The position numbers and the translations under genes were made by a program. DNA of 54,693 nt from a virus (Duplodnaviria; Caudoviricetes), in the IMG/VR virus record IMGVR_UViG_3300023181_000035, positions 1 through 54,693 of that record. One strand, written 5' to 3'. Position 1 is the first letter of the stretch; every line of letters begins with the position of its first letter. The notes beneath the pieces are model-generated. The model was not told the DNA's origin. It ran no database searches and saw only the letters and a program-made list of their open reading frames with translations. Below are positions 20,845-31,407 of the stretch, piece after piece.

Positions 20845-21996
20845 ATGAGTGAATTGCAGTTAGACCCCCGAATAAAAAGAGCAGGACAATTAGCAACAGA
20901 GGCCTTTAGCTATTTAAATAAACTCCAACAAGGCGACAAACAGTTGTTAAGAACTGGTGATGAGTCTATTGATTGTCATATTACAGGGCTACTACCTTCT
21001 GATTGTATTTTATACGCGGCCAATAGTGGGGTAGGTAAAACAAAAAAACTGTTTGACACTCTTGATCAGATTCTGGATGAAAAAGTAAATCCTGGCGCTA
21101 AAAATATTAAAACATTAGAATTTCAATTAGAGATGAAGTTCTTAAACAGAATTTTGAGGGATACTAATAAGCTAACATCTAAGAATAAAAGTAAAATTCT
21201 AACAGAAGAATTCACAGAAGAGGAAAAAGAGATAGTAAAGAGATATTATGAAAATCTTCAAGATGATAGGAGATATATATGTGAGGAATCTATTACTACT
21301 AAGGAATTTTATGAAATGACTAAAACTTTTTGTAAAATAAATGTAGATTCAGATGCTCTTGTAATTTGCTTAGACCACGTTTTACTTTTAAAGAAAGAAG
21401 ATAAATTTGAAGATCCGTTAGAAGCTTTAACAAGTTATATAAATGAATTAAGGAAGGAATTTAAAAATGTTTATTTTATACTTTTGTCACAGATGAATAG
21501 AGGGTCTTTAGTTAACATTAAAGATAAAGATAACTCGATGATTCCTACAACAGCTATGATTTATGGTTCATCTCATTTTGAATTTTTATGTTCCTATATT
21601 GTAGTTTTAGTCGATCCGTTCAGATTAGGTGTGAGTAGTTATTTAAAAGTTACTCCAGATAGGTATGATTGGTTAAGTGAATTTATGCAGGATGGAGATA
21701 AAAACGGTAAAGTAAGTTTTGATACGCTAAGTAATATTTTTGAATTTGTACTTAAAACAAGGGAATCAGATACTCCTTATAAGAATCTATTCATTCGTAA
21801 AATGGATTTAACTAAAGATCAATTAGATAAAATGAAGCAATCTGTCGCGGAAACAAAACCTACAATAAGCTTTTCTACAAATACATTACCATCATTCAAT
21901 ACTGTTGATTTCACTGTAGAGAAGCCGTTGCCACAAATCTCACTTAATGACGCTTTTGATGTTCCTGATACTAAGAAATCTGAGGATCCGTTCTAA
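20845..21996 (+). CDS. DnaB-like (SF4) replicative helicase
   Basis: Walker A AANSGVGKT, FQLEM, Walker B ICLDH, LSQMNR. Confidence 0.82.
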   Translation: MSELQLDPRIKRAGQLATEAFSYLNKLQQGDKQLLRTGDESIDCHITGLLPSDCILYAANSGVGKTKKLFDTLDQILDEKVNPGAKNIKTLEFQLEMKFLNRILRDTNKLTSKNKSKILTEEFTEEEKEIVKRYYENLQDDRRYICEESITTKEFYEMTKTFCKINVDSDALVICLDHVLLLKKEDKFEDPLEALTSYINELRKEFKNVYFILLSQMNRGSLVNIKDKDNSMIPTTAMIYGSSHFEFLCSYIVVLVDPFRLGVSSYLKVTPDRYDWLSEFMQDGDKNGKVSFDTLSNIFEFVLKTRESDTPYKNLFIRKMDLTKDQLDKMKQSVAETKPTISFSTNTLPSFNTVDFTVEKPLPQISLNDAFDVPDTKKSEDPF

Positions 21997-22011
21997 AAAT
22001 CTTCTGTTTTA

Positions 22012-22043
22012 TTTGTTTTTGCCGAAAATATATTGTAAATTTG
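22012..22043 (+). promoter_or_regulatory. Bacteroidota-type promoter
   Basis: TTTG-N20-TAAATTTG; the spacer contains a TTTTGCCGAAAA motif. Confidence 0.65.
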
Positions 22044-22243
22044 TTGAAATAAAATTATAATTATGAGAAAAACAGTATTAAGACTTTTAATTTTTGCATT
22101 ACTAGTTATTATATTATTGGTAATTAATTTGCAAGTATTTAGAAGTGAGATTCCAAGTTTTACGATCATTACACTCTTGGGAAGTGTAATTGGATTACTT
22201 TATTTTCCCTACAAAACATTTTTTAAAACCAAACAAAATTAAA

Positions 22244-23020
22244 ATGAAGAAATTATTTATTATTGGAATTGCTATTTTAGGATTAACTTCTTGTAACCGT
22301 CCAGAGCCAAACTATGAAGGAGTTTTGATGACAGATTATGGAAGAAATGGATTAGAATCTTTTAAAACTGTAACTGGTGCTCAGGGGCCGCTAATGCCAG
22401 GATCTGAATTATACCAAGTTCCTATGTTTGAACAGAAAGCAGATTGTGATGCAGTGAGAGTTTCAGCTAAAGACGCTGGTATTTTTACAGTTGATCCTAG
22501 CTACACTTACAATGCTACTAGAGGGCAAGCACCATCAATTGTTTTAAATTACAAACACTTAGGTAAAGGCGAGGATTTCTTAAAAAATGTGGAGAGTAAT
22601 ACTTTAGACAAGTTAGTGACAGACAGTTTTAGAGAAGAAGCGAGAAGCTATACAACTGATAGTTTAATGAATAACTTAGGCTCTTTTGAAAAAGCTGTTG
22701 AAACTTTATTGGCCGAAAAGTTTAAGAAAAAAGGGTTTACTTTAAACACTCTTACTTCAGGTCTTACTCCACCTAAATCTATGGCAGACGCTATTGAATC
22801 AAGAAATAATGCTATTCAAAAAGCCAATCAAGTGAGAAATGAACTTGAAACATCTAGAATGTATCTTGAAAAAGCTAAAATTGATGCGGAAACTAATAGA
22901 ATGAAATCTAGCGGTTTAACTAGAGAAGTTTTACAACAGCAATGGATTGAAGCTATTAGAAACTCTAGAAATAAAGTAATTATTACTGATGGCCGTACAC
23001 CTATTATTTTAGGACAATAA
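22244..23020 (+). CDS. SPFH/Band-7 (prohibitin-like) lipoprotein
   Basis: MKKLFIIGIAILGLTSC lipobox; PNYEGVLM, L.PP....AIE.R, coiled coil, QQWIE. Confidence 0.8.
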   Translation: MKKLFIIGIAILGLTSCNRPEPNYEGVLMTDYGRNGLESFKTVTGAQGPLMPGSELYQVPMFEQKADCDAVRVSAKDAGIFTVDPSYTYNATRGQAPSIVLNYKHLGKGEDFLKNVESNTLDKLVTDSFREEARSYTTDSLMNNLGSFEKAVETLLAEKFKKKGFTLNTLTSGLTPPKSMADAIESRNNAIQKANQVRNELETSRMYLEKAKIDAETNRMKSSGLTREVLQQQWIEAIRNSRNKVIITDGRTPIILGQ

Positions 23021-23143
23021 AGTAGTATTCCACTTTTTAGGAATTAAATTCATTATTACACTTTTTTGATTAAGACAGAATGAGGAGAAATCTTTGTTCT
23101 GTTTTTTATTTTCTGTTGTTTTATTCTTTTTTCGCCGAAATTC

Positions 23144-23174
23144 TTTGGTATTATAAAATAAAATTGTAGATTTG
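23144..23174 (+). promoter_or_regulatory. Bacteroidota-type promoter
   Basis: TTTG-N19-TAGATTTG. Confidence 0.65.
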
Positions 23175-23633
23175 TAACAAAATATAAAATTATGGAAAAT
23201 ATAGGACAAGCTAGATATGGAATTATAGACTCTGGAATATTTGGATTTAGAGTAATAAGCGGTATAATAACAGGTGTACAGTTTACGGAAGAAGAGCCAA
23301 TATATGAAATTTCATTCGGTAAAAATAAATGGAATACAAGTAAGATTTTTGATAATAAGGACACTCTATTATCTGCTTTAAATATCACATCCCTAGAGAG
23401 AATCAAGGAAACACATGGATTAAAAATTAAATACAATCAGTAATATGGCTTTATTAGAGATATTGAAAAGACAAAACGATAAATTAAAACAAAAAATAAA
23501 AGAGCAGAATAAGATGGTAAAATATTATCAAGAGAGAAATAATAAAAGTTTAAGAAAGATCTTAGAATTACAAGAACAGTTAAGGTTATTAGGTAAGAAG
23601 TTTTAAATTAAGGCTTACTCTAAAATTAAGTTG

Positions 23634-23665
23634 TTTGGTGAATGGGTATTATTTTTGTATATTTA
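23634..23665 (+). promoter_or_regulatory. Promoter for the structured leader and GIY-YIG gene
   Basis: TTTG-N20-TATATTTA (one mismatch to consensus). Confidence 0.55.
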
Positions 23666-23689
23666 CAGCTTTAAAATACGAAGTAAAAT

Positions 23690-23812
23690 AGATTTTCATT
23701 TCTACCACAACGAAATCTCCAACATAAAAGATTAAACCTCTTTGTAAGTGTAATTTGGAATTGAACGTGTGGTAGCGTTTAGTTCCATTTTTATTTTACG
23801 GGAGGTTTTTCA
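23690..23812 (+). ncRNA. Putative kissing-loop structured leader RNA A
   Basis: Hairpin 1 loop ctaccaca (23702-23709) is the exact reverse complement of hairpin 2 loop tgtggtag (23768-23775); hairpin 2 ends in a U-tract. Confidence 0.65.
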
Positions 23813-23826
23813 TTTTAATTCTTTTT

Positions 23827-24546
23827 ATGGCAAAAACATTCAAAAATATTATAGTTGGTATTTATAAAATAACTTCTCCTTCAGGTAAAATATACGTAGG
23901 TCAATCTAAACACATTGAAAAAAGATTCTACGATTATCAAATAGCTAGGTGTGAACAACAAAGGAGACTTTTCAATTCCTTATTTAAGCATGGCTGGAAA
24001 AACCACATATTTGAAATAATAGAAGAATGTGACAAAGAAGAATTGGATTGCCGTGAACGCTATTGGCAGGATTTTTATGATGTTAAAAGCAGAGAAAAAG
24101 GTTTAAATTGTAAACTTACTGCATGTGGAGATCTAGTAGAAGAAAAAACAATAATTAAAATAAGAAATTTAAACCCTGATCATGTAGGTAAGGGAGTACT
24201 GAAAGGGGAGAAACACCCTAATTGGGGTAGAAAATATAGCGAATTTGAAAGATTTAAACTCTCAGTCTCTAAAGATAAAATAAGTGATGTTGATAAACTA
24301 GTATTATTAGATTCGTTTGTAGAAGGAGATTTGGAAAAACGTTATTCAGCGAGGAATAAAAAGCAAATTCAACTTAAACAGGAAAAGGAAATTCACCATA
24401 AATCAAAGATAATACTAGATACTAATACAGGAGTATTTTACTATAGTTTAAGAGAATTATGTACCCTCTATGGATTTAATTATCACACTTTAAAAAACAG
24501 ATTGAGAGGGGCTTTAAAAAATAAAACTCCTTACATTTACGTTTAA
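23827..24546 (+). CDS. GIY-YIG homing endonuclease with NUMOD3-like motif
   Basis: GIYKITSPSGKIYVGQS, R...Y, ERYW, GLN; GEKHPNWGRKYSE; C-terminal NUMOD1-like HTH. Confidence 0.85.
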   Translation: MAKTFKNIIVGIYKITSPSGKIYVGQSKHIEKRFYDYQIARCEQQRRLFNSLFKHGWKNHIFEIIEECDKEELDCRERYWQDFYDVKSREKGLNCKLTACGDLVEEKTIIKIRNLNPDHVGKGVLKGEKHPNWGRKYSEFERFKLSVSKDKISDVDKLVLLDSFVEGDLEKRYSARNKKQIQLKQEKEIHHKSKIILDTNTGVFYYSLRELCTLYGFNYHTLKNRLRGALKNKTPYIYV

Positions 24547-24559
24547 ATCTTTCATTTTT

Positions 24560-25384
24560 ATGCACTCAAACATCAATTCTGTCCTTTATAGTCATCTGTA
24601 CAACCAGGCTTCTTCATTTAATTTGGATGGGGATCGTTTGATAGCAGTTTATTGCATGTTAAAGTCGGCAAGAAAAGGTAAAGAGTCAATAAAAGCCACT
24701 AAGAAATTAAAAGGAATAGGATTAGTTAGTAAAGTTACAGGTATATCAAAAACAACTGTTTCTAAATATCTGTCTGTTCTTTTCTCTCTTGATCTAGTTT
24801 CTTTTAGCCGAAATGGGAGCTTATTATTCGCGGGAAATAAAAAATTAGAAACAAAATACAGAACTAAATCACGAAATTATAGAGTAAAATACCTAAGAGT
24901 AGTAATAGGAAAAAACATTGCAGAAACTGCTTTAAATTCCTATAGTATCCGACTACACGGATATATTGATTCAATAAACAGAAGAATAGACAAAAGCGAA
25001 ACATCTACTAAACTTACATGCAAAACATATGATAAAGTTACGTTGAGTGTTAAAGGCTTCGGGTTGTTGAAATCGGCGCAGAAAAACAAGTTAAGCAAAG
25101 GAAATTATTGGAAACAAAAGCTTATTAAAGCTAAGTGTATTTACGCATCCAGACAATACCAATTCATAGACAACTGTTCTAAAGAAGAATTTAATTATAT
25201 TAGATATTCTGACAATGACAGATCTTTGAGATGGGAAGCGGGTAAGATGTATAAAGAACTTTCTAGTTTAATTTCTAAAACTTTTATTAAAGGAGAAGTC
25301 CGCGCCAAAGAAATAACAAAAACAGATTATAAAAAGAAAGACTATCTTCAATTCGATATGATAGACTTCTGGAAAAATACATAG
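24560..25384 (+). CDS. Basic HTH-containing DNA-binding protein
   Basis: VSKVTGISKTTVSKYLSVLFSLDLV winged-HTH pattern; Lys-rich. Confidence 0.5.
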   Translation: MHSNINSVLYSHLYNQASSFNLDGDRLIAVYCMLKSARKGKESIKATKKLKGIGLVSKVTGISKTTVSKYLSVLFSLDLVSFSRNGSLLFAGNKKLETKYRTKSRNYRVKYLRVVIGKNIAETALNSYSIRLHGYIDSINRRIDKSETSTKLTCKTYDKVTLSVKGFGLLKSAQKNKLSKGNYWKQKLIKAKCIYASRQYQFIDNCSKEEFNYIRYSDNDRSLRWEAGKMYKELSSLISKTFIKGEVRAKEITKTDYKKKDYLQFDMIDFWKNT

Positions 25385-25521
25385 CTTGCATAAAGTTATT
25401 ATTAAATATTTACAACTTCAAAAATGGGGTTGTTTTGTCGTATAATAAAGTGAAAACTATTGCACTATTTAAGCAAAAAATACTTTATTGCATCATATAA
25501 ACAAAAATAATCAACAAAAAG

Positions 25522-25553
25522 CTTGTAGGAATCAAAAGTAATACTTAGATTTG
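25522..25553 (+). promoter_or_regulatory. Bacteroidota-type promoter
   Basis: CTTG-N20-TAGATTTG. Confidence 0.65.
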
Positions 25554-25988
25554 TCAAAAATAAGATATTATGAAAGTAGCTTCATTAATAACAACATATA
25601 ATAAATGCCGAAAAAGTGACAAAGCAACTAAATTTGAAAAAGACTTTATAAGTAGTTTAGTGAAGAATGCTCCTAAATACTGCTCTCCAAGACTTATACC
25701 TAATGATATTTTTCACTTAGCAAATAGAAATAATAAACTGAAATTTTCTGAAAAACAAATGGACGTTTACAATCAAATAAAAGAGAAGTACAATCCAGAC
25801 AGTACTGGTGAAGACTTATATCATAAATACTCAAAAATATTTAGAGATAAAAGTATAGAGTTAGATAGTTTTGATACACGACACTTGGAAACATTCAAAG
25901 GTATCATGAAAGAGTCTGAGAACTTTTTAAAGTGGGTTGAGGGTATAGTGGTCTAATTTCCGCGAAAAACAAATAAAAACAGTTTTTT

Positions 25989-26020
25989 CTTGCACAGTAA
26001 ATAAATACATTGTAGATTTG
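25989..26020 (+). promoter_or_regulatory. Bacteroidota-type promoter
   Basis: CTTG-N20-TAGATTTG. Confidence 0.65.
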
Positions 26021-27362
26021 TAGAAACAAAATTAACATTATGAAACCAGAAAAAATATTGAAGAAAGTTTTCGAAAAGTATAAATTTGCAGATTACCCAT
26101 TTAACAGTACTTTAGATGCAACATTAGAAGCTATGGAAGAGTATGTAAATTACAAGATAGATAAAATATTTAATGAATCTATTAATGTTAAGCACTTTCA
26201 AGATCAGCATAGGTTCATAAGCCTTAGTGAATATAAAGAGGAGATTTTACAGCAGATTAAAAATAAATAGATATGAAGACAGTAGTCAAACAAATACTAG
26301 ATAACAGAGATAAGAATTTCGACGCAAATAAATTTATAAAATGGCTTGATGAAAATAGACACAATCTATTACATTTAGAAGAGATACAGTTCAATAATGC
26401 TTACAATTCAGGAGTACAGGATAGGATTATGGATGTAGTTAAAATTAATAATGAATATTATAGCGAAAATTATCAACAATGACACCACAACAATTTTTAG
26501 AAAGTAAAGGAGTACAAGACTTATCCGAACCATTTTCAGCTTCAACTATAGAAGTGTTTTTAGAAGAGTATGGTGATTTAGTCCTTTCTGTAGCGGCGCA
26601 AAAAGCTGAGGTAAATGTAAAAGATTATAATGACTATGAAGTTGACAAGAAAAGTATATTAAACTGTTTAAAAGATAAATAACTATGACACCAATAGAGA
26701 AATGGATTAACACTTACAAACATCTTGAATTAGATAATGAAGCAATGAGTATTTATGAAGATGAGTATGTAAAAAATTATAGTGGGTCATTAGATAAATT
26801 CAGAGCAATGTATTTCCAGACATTTGTTGATATAAATACACAACCACTTAAATCTGGCGACGAAATTTATTATGTTTTTGGAAAAAGTTTAAGCAGAGGG
26901 ATTATTGAAAAAATAGACGCTTTTCAGATAGGTAAATATCTACCTAGAATCAAGATAAAAGGGAAGAAGAACTTAGTTTGGTCTAATCAAATAGTTAAAA
27001 TATGAAAAAGATTGTGAGTAAATTAGTAGAATGTGGTTATTCATTTGAATATGAGAACCGTAATAGTAATGGAGAGAAAGTTACAGTGTATGATAATGGA
27101 CTAATTATAGATAATTATCAAGGCCATGTTACTTTTGACTATGAAGGAGAAATGGAAGGTTCTGATGAAAGTGATTCTGTTTACGATTATTATTGCGCGA
27201 AAATAGAAAAAATAAAGAAATTATAATGAAAGATTGGTGGCAAACAGTAAATAAAGAAGACCCATATTTATGCAAGCTTTACAGTGGTATGTTTGGCACT
27301 CACGAAAAAAGGATCGCACAATTGTATATGATTAGGAAAGGATTTAATTTCGCGCAAAAAAG

Positions 27363-27668
27363 ATGAAAGATAGAGAATACATATTATGTGCAGCAGTTTG
27401 GTATAAAGAAGTAGAACCAAGAGCAACTAGTAGACCTATAAATACTCCAGGGGGAGTTGTACTATGTGGATTTAGACATGGAGATGTTATTTCACAGATT
27501 TCAATATTAACAGGAAAACGTCAATTTGAATTGGGTGATCACATTCAAGGCTTTCTGACAAATAAAAATAGATTTGTTGACAGAGAAGAAGGAGCTAGGA
27601 TTTTTATAGATAATGGTGGAGAAGTAAAATATTCAAAGACTAAATTATTTTCAGAAGATTTGTATTAA
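27363..27668 (+). CDS. Phage hypothetical protein
   Basis: ILCAAVWY...VLCGFRH...QGFLTNKNRFVDREE...LFSEDLY pattern that I recall from phage ORFs; function unknown. Confidence 0.5.
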   Translation: MKDREYILCAAVWYKEVEPRATSRPINTPGGVVLCGFRHGDVISQISILTGKRQFELGDHIQGFLTNKNRFVDREEGARIFIDNGGEVKYSKTKLFSEDLY

Positions 27669-27907
27669 ACATAAAATTATGAGAACACCAGAAGAAGTTA
27701 ATAAAGACATTGAAAAACTTAAGAAAGAGTTAGAAGAATCTAAAAATTACCATCAATGGACAAAACTAACAGATGATAGTACTAGAGAGAAAATGATCGG
27801 TTTCTTTAATATAGGAAATACAGAACTTATTTTATTCCATTTAAATAACGGTAAACTTTTACAATACCGTCACGTTTGGTATGGAACATGGTTAATAAAT
27901 AAAAATT

Positions 27908-30127
27908 ATGATGGTAGAAAATAAAGGAGTAGAGGTATATGATATTGAGACGTTAAAAAACTGTTTCACTTACACTGGAATTAACAGAGATACTAAAGCA
28001 GTAATTAAATTTGTTATTTGGGGAGAAGTAAATGATTTAGAAAAACTATTACTACATTTATCTTTACTTAAAGGTCAAATCGGTTTCAACAATATTAATT
28101 TCGATTACCCTGTTCTCCATTATATAATCAAAGAAAAGAAAAAACTGTTAAAATTAACAGGAGATGAAATTGCTAAATTAATTTATGCAAAAGCTCAATC
28201 TGTTATCAGTCAAGAATATTCTGCTGTAAAAGAAGCTGAAGTAATTATTCCACAATTAGATTTATTTCGTATCTGGCACTATGACAACAAGGCCAGGATG
28301 ACAGGATTAAAGAAGCTCGAGATAGCAATGTATTATCCTAATGTACAGGATATGCCTTACTCACATGATCAGGAAATTACAAGTTGGTCGCAAGTAGAAG
28401 AGATATTAGATTATAATGAAAATGATGTTTCGGCCACGCAAGCATTCTATGAATTAACTAAAGATAAGTTAGATTTAAGAAAAGGATTAAAAGAAAAATA
28501 TGGCTTAGAATGTTTAAATTATCCAGATAGTAAAATCGGAGAACAGTTGATGTTAAAACTGTATTGTCATTATACTAATCAGGATGAACAAGTAATCAAG
28601 AGAAAGAGAACTTTTAGAAATCTATTTAAATTTTCAGAATGTATTCCTGACTATATTAAATTTACTACTCCAGAATTCAATCAATTATTAGATTACATTA
28701 AAAGTATTGAAGTAACAGAACTTAAAGAATCTTTTAAATATGGATTCGAATATAATGGTTTTACTTTTGACCTAGGAACAGGCGGAATACACGGATGTAT
28801 TAAGGCAGGAGTTTACGAAAGTACTGATAATGAGATAGTTGTGGATGCAGATGTTGCTTCACTTTATCCAAGCCTCGGTATTACTTTAGGTTTATATCCA
28901 GAACATTTGGGAGATGTTTTTTCTAAAATATATGAAGATGGAATTGTTAAACCAAGATTAGAAGCCAAAAAGAATAAAGATATGGTGATGGCTGATGGTT
29001 TCAAACTTTCGGCCAACTCAGTTTATGGAAAATCTAACAGTCAATACAGTTTTCTTTGTGATCCGCTTTATACTTTGAAAACTACTCTTGCTGGTCAATT
29101 AGCTTTATGTATGTTATCTGAAATGTTAATAACAAGAGTTCCTGATTTAATTATGCTCCAAATCAATACGGACGGTTTGACAGTTAAAATTCCTATAGAA
29201 CATAAAAGACTTTATTGGGAAATTTGTCAAGAATGGGAGAAACAGACTAATTTAGTATTAGAATATGTTGCTTATTCACAAATGATCATCAGAGATGTAA
29301 ATTCGTATATCGCCGTAACGCAGAAAACTAATAAGGTTAAGTATAAAGGTGCTTTTAAGCCAAATTCAGAGATGATAAAGGATGGGGAATACCATAAGTC
29401 GTTTAGCCAAGGAATCGTTGCTCTAGCCGTCTCTAAATACTTTTTGGAAAATATACCTGTTGAAGATACAATTAAAGCACATGATAATATTTATGATTTC
29501 TGTAAAACTTTTAATGCTTCTCATGGATGGTCATGCGATATTTCAGATGTCGAATATAAAGATATTTCTTATTTAGAAGCTGTTCAGAAATTAACTGAAG
29601 CTGGATGGTATGAAGCACACACAGAAGGATTTTTTATACCTCCTAATGGTGGAAATATGGCGGGAATGCAATTATTAGAAGAAGGGAATAAAACCAAATT
29701 ATATAAAAATGTCACAAAGCAACAGAAAACAAACAGATATTATATATCGACTAATGGTAAAACCTTCCGTAAAACAAAAGATGGGAAGATTATCGAAATT
29801 GAAGCTGGTGGAAATTTAGTAACTATTTTTAATAAATACCATGAGAAATCTATTAATGAATATTATATAGATTATGATTATTATATAAAAGAATGTTTTA
29901 AGATAATTCATATCATTGATGGCACAAATGAAAGATTAGAAATAGAGAGAAAAGAATTAGCTTTACAAAAGAAGAAAGATAAAGAAGAAGAAAATTATAT
30001 TAAATTTTGCGTTGATAAAATACCCACAACACTTCAGTATCAATCTTACAATAGGGAATGGTTACAGGAGAAATACGGAATTCCTGGGGAAATAAAACCT
30101 TCTAAAACAAAAATCATATTACAGTAA
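27908..30127 (+). CDS. polB: Family B DNA polymerase
   Basis: YDIET, GFNNINFDYP and YNENDV exonuclease motifs; DVASLYPS, KLSANSVYGK and NTDG polymerase motifs. Confidence 0.92.
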   Translation: MMVENKGVEVYDIETLKNCFTYTGINRDTKAVIKFVIWGEVNDLEKLLLHLSLLKGQIGFNNINFDYPVLHYIIKEKKKLLKLTGDEIAKLIYAKAQSVISQEYSAVKEAEVIIPQLDLFRIWHYDNKARMTGLKKLEIAMYYPNVQDMPYSHDQEITSWSQVEEILDYNENDVSATQAFYELTKDKLDLRKGLKEKYGLECLNYPDSKIGEQLMLKLYCHYTNQDEQVIKRKRTFRNLFKFSECIPDYIKFTTPEFNQLLDYIKSIEVTELKESFKYGFEYNGFTFDLGTGGIHGCIKAGVYESTDNEIVVDADVASLYPSLGITLGLYPEHLGDVFSKIYEDGIVKPRLEAKKNKDMVMADGFKLSANSVYGKSNSQYSFLCDPLYTLKTTLAGQLALCMLSEMLITRVPDLIMLQINTDGLTVKIPIEHKRLYWEICQEWEKQTNLVLEYVAYSQMIIRDVNSYIAVTQKTNKVKYKGAFKPNSEMIKDGEYHKSFSQGIVALAVSKYFLENIPVEDTIKAHDNIYDFCKTFNASHGWSCDISDVEYKDISYLEAVQKLTEAGWYEAHTEGFFIPPNGGNMAGMQLLEEGNKTKLYKNVTKQQKTNRYYISTNGKTFRKTKDGKIIEIEAGGNLVTIFNKYHEKSINEYYIDYDYYIKECFKIIHIIDGTNERLEIERKELALQKKKDKEEENYIKFCVDKIPTTLQYQSYNREWLQEKYGIPGEIKPSKTKIILQ

Positions 30128-30137
30128 AAATAATTAA

Positions 30138-30169
30138 TTTGGAAAATTAAAATAAAAACATTATATTTG
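30138..30169 (+). promoter_or_regulatory. Promoter for structured leader B and its endonuclease gene
   Basis: TTTG-N20-TATATTTG. Confidence 0.7.
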
Positions 30170-30170
30170 C

Positions 30171-30283
30171 AGAGTTAAATTACAGTTCCGAGATGTAGTT
30201 TAATTTTAAGAAACAAAAATATCCCCTGTTATTGTATTAGAGTCCTCGGAAAACTCTTTTACAGTGATGGGGATTTTTATTTT
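30171..30283 (+). ncRNA. Putative kissing-loop structured leader RNA B
   Basis: 14-bp hairpin 1 (30171-30207) with loop ttccgag (30186-30192); hairpin 2 (30221-30274) with loop ctcggaa (30245-30251); U-tract follows. Confidence 0.7.
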
Positions 30284-30288
30284 AAATT

Positions 30289-31392
30289 ATGAATAAGCCA
30301 ATAAAGACCCATCAACAGTTTATAACAGACCTTAACAGAGTACACCCTAATAGAGACTGGCAAGTAATAGGAGAATATGAACATAATAAAAAACCCTTAT
30401 TATTAAGAGATAAATATGGAGATTGTTTAATACCTCCAAATTGTTTACTACAAAGATCTAAGCCTTCTGTAAAAACAGCTATAGATAAAACAGAATACAC
30501 AATTAATAAATTTAAAGAACTTTGGGGAGATAGGTACGACTATTCTAAGTTTGTATATTTAGGTGCTCGAAAAAAGTCGATAATAATTTGTAAACTTCAC
30601 GGTGAGTTTCCACAAGATGCTAACATGCATTTATCAGGAAAATGTGGGTGCCATAAATGTGCAAATGATGCAGTATCTTTAAGAGTTAGAAGTAATACCG
30701 AAGAGTTTATTGAGAAGGCAGTTAATAAATACGGAAAAGATAAGTTTTCTTTTAATAGTGCAATATATAAATCAGCTACCGAAGATGTGGTGATAACTTG
30801 TAAAGTACATGGAGATTTTGAACAAACACCTAATAGATTTTTAAATGGTCAAATTTGTACAAAATGTAGTTATAAAGAAAGCACAGCTAATTTTCACACA
30901 TTAAAAAAGAAGAGAAACAATTGTATTCTATATGTTATAGAATGTTATAACGATGAGGAAAGATTTATTAAAATAGGGGTTACTACTAGGAATATAACCG
31001 CCCGATTTAAAGATAACTATGACATGCCTTATAAGTATACGGTACTTAGAGAATTCAGATATGCTAATATAAATGCGCCAGATGCAATTGAGACCCATCT
31101 TTTAAAATTTACAAGAGGCGCAAGTTATATTCCTAAAATAAAATTCAGCGGACAAACAGAAGCTAGGAACATGTGCATAAAAAGTACCTTATTAGACTTA
31201 TTTGATGTTTATTGTGATGAACTATACTATATTGCTTTTATTAATTTCACTAAAGCATATTCGGGAGTTTTTGATGTAAGCCTACTAAACTCTGACAGTT
31301 ATTCTAAATTAGAGATTGAAACAGTAATGAAAGGATATGAAATTCATAAAAATTTTGAAAATAAACAGCTTACTACTTGCACAGTAAATTAA
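30289..31392 (+). CDS. Putative homing endonuclease: DUF723-like zinc-ribbon repeats plus GIY-YIG-like (T5orf172-type) domain
   Basis: Repeated YDYSK..Y.......IICK.HG.F.Q....HL.G..C..C; LYVIECY....FIKIGVT....RF. Confidence 0.7.
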   Translation: MNKPIKTHQQFITDLNRVHPNRDWQVIGEYEHNKKPLLLRDKYGDCLIPPNCLLQRSKPSVKTAIDKTEYTINKFKELWGDRYDYSKFVYLGARKKSIIICKLHGEFPQDANMHLSGKCGCHKCANDAVSLRVRSNTEEFIEKAVNKYGKDKFSFNSAIYKSATEDVVITCKVHGDFEQTPNRFLNGQICTKCSYKESTANFHTLKKKRNNCILYVIECYNDEERFIKIGVTTRNITARFKDNYDMPYKYTVLREFRYANINAPDAIETHLLKFTRGASYIPKIKFSGQTEARNMCIKSTLLDLFDVYCDELYYIAFINFTKAYSGVFDVSLLNSDSYSKLEIETVMKGYEIHKNFENKQLTTCTVN

Positions 31393-31407
31393 TATCATTT
31401 ATATTTG
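31376..31407 (+). promoter_or_regulatory. Bacteroidota-type promoter
   Basis: CTTG-N20-TATATTTG. Confidence 0.65.

Noticed and set aside
25385-25569. Possible replication origin after the HTH gene
   Set aside because: AT-rich gap without visible iterons; partly explained by a promoter.
14140-30127. Introns or inteins in nrdA, nrdB, helicase or polB
   Set aside because: All are continuous ORFs of expected size with no intein terminal motifs; the endonucleases are free-standing.
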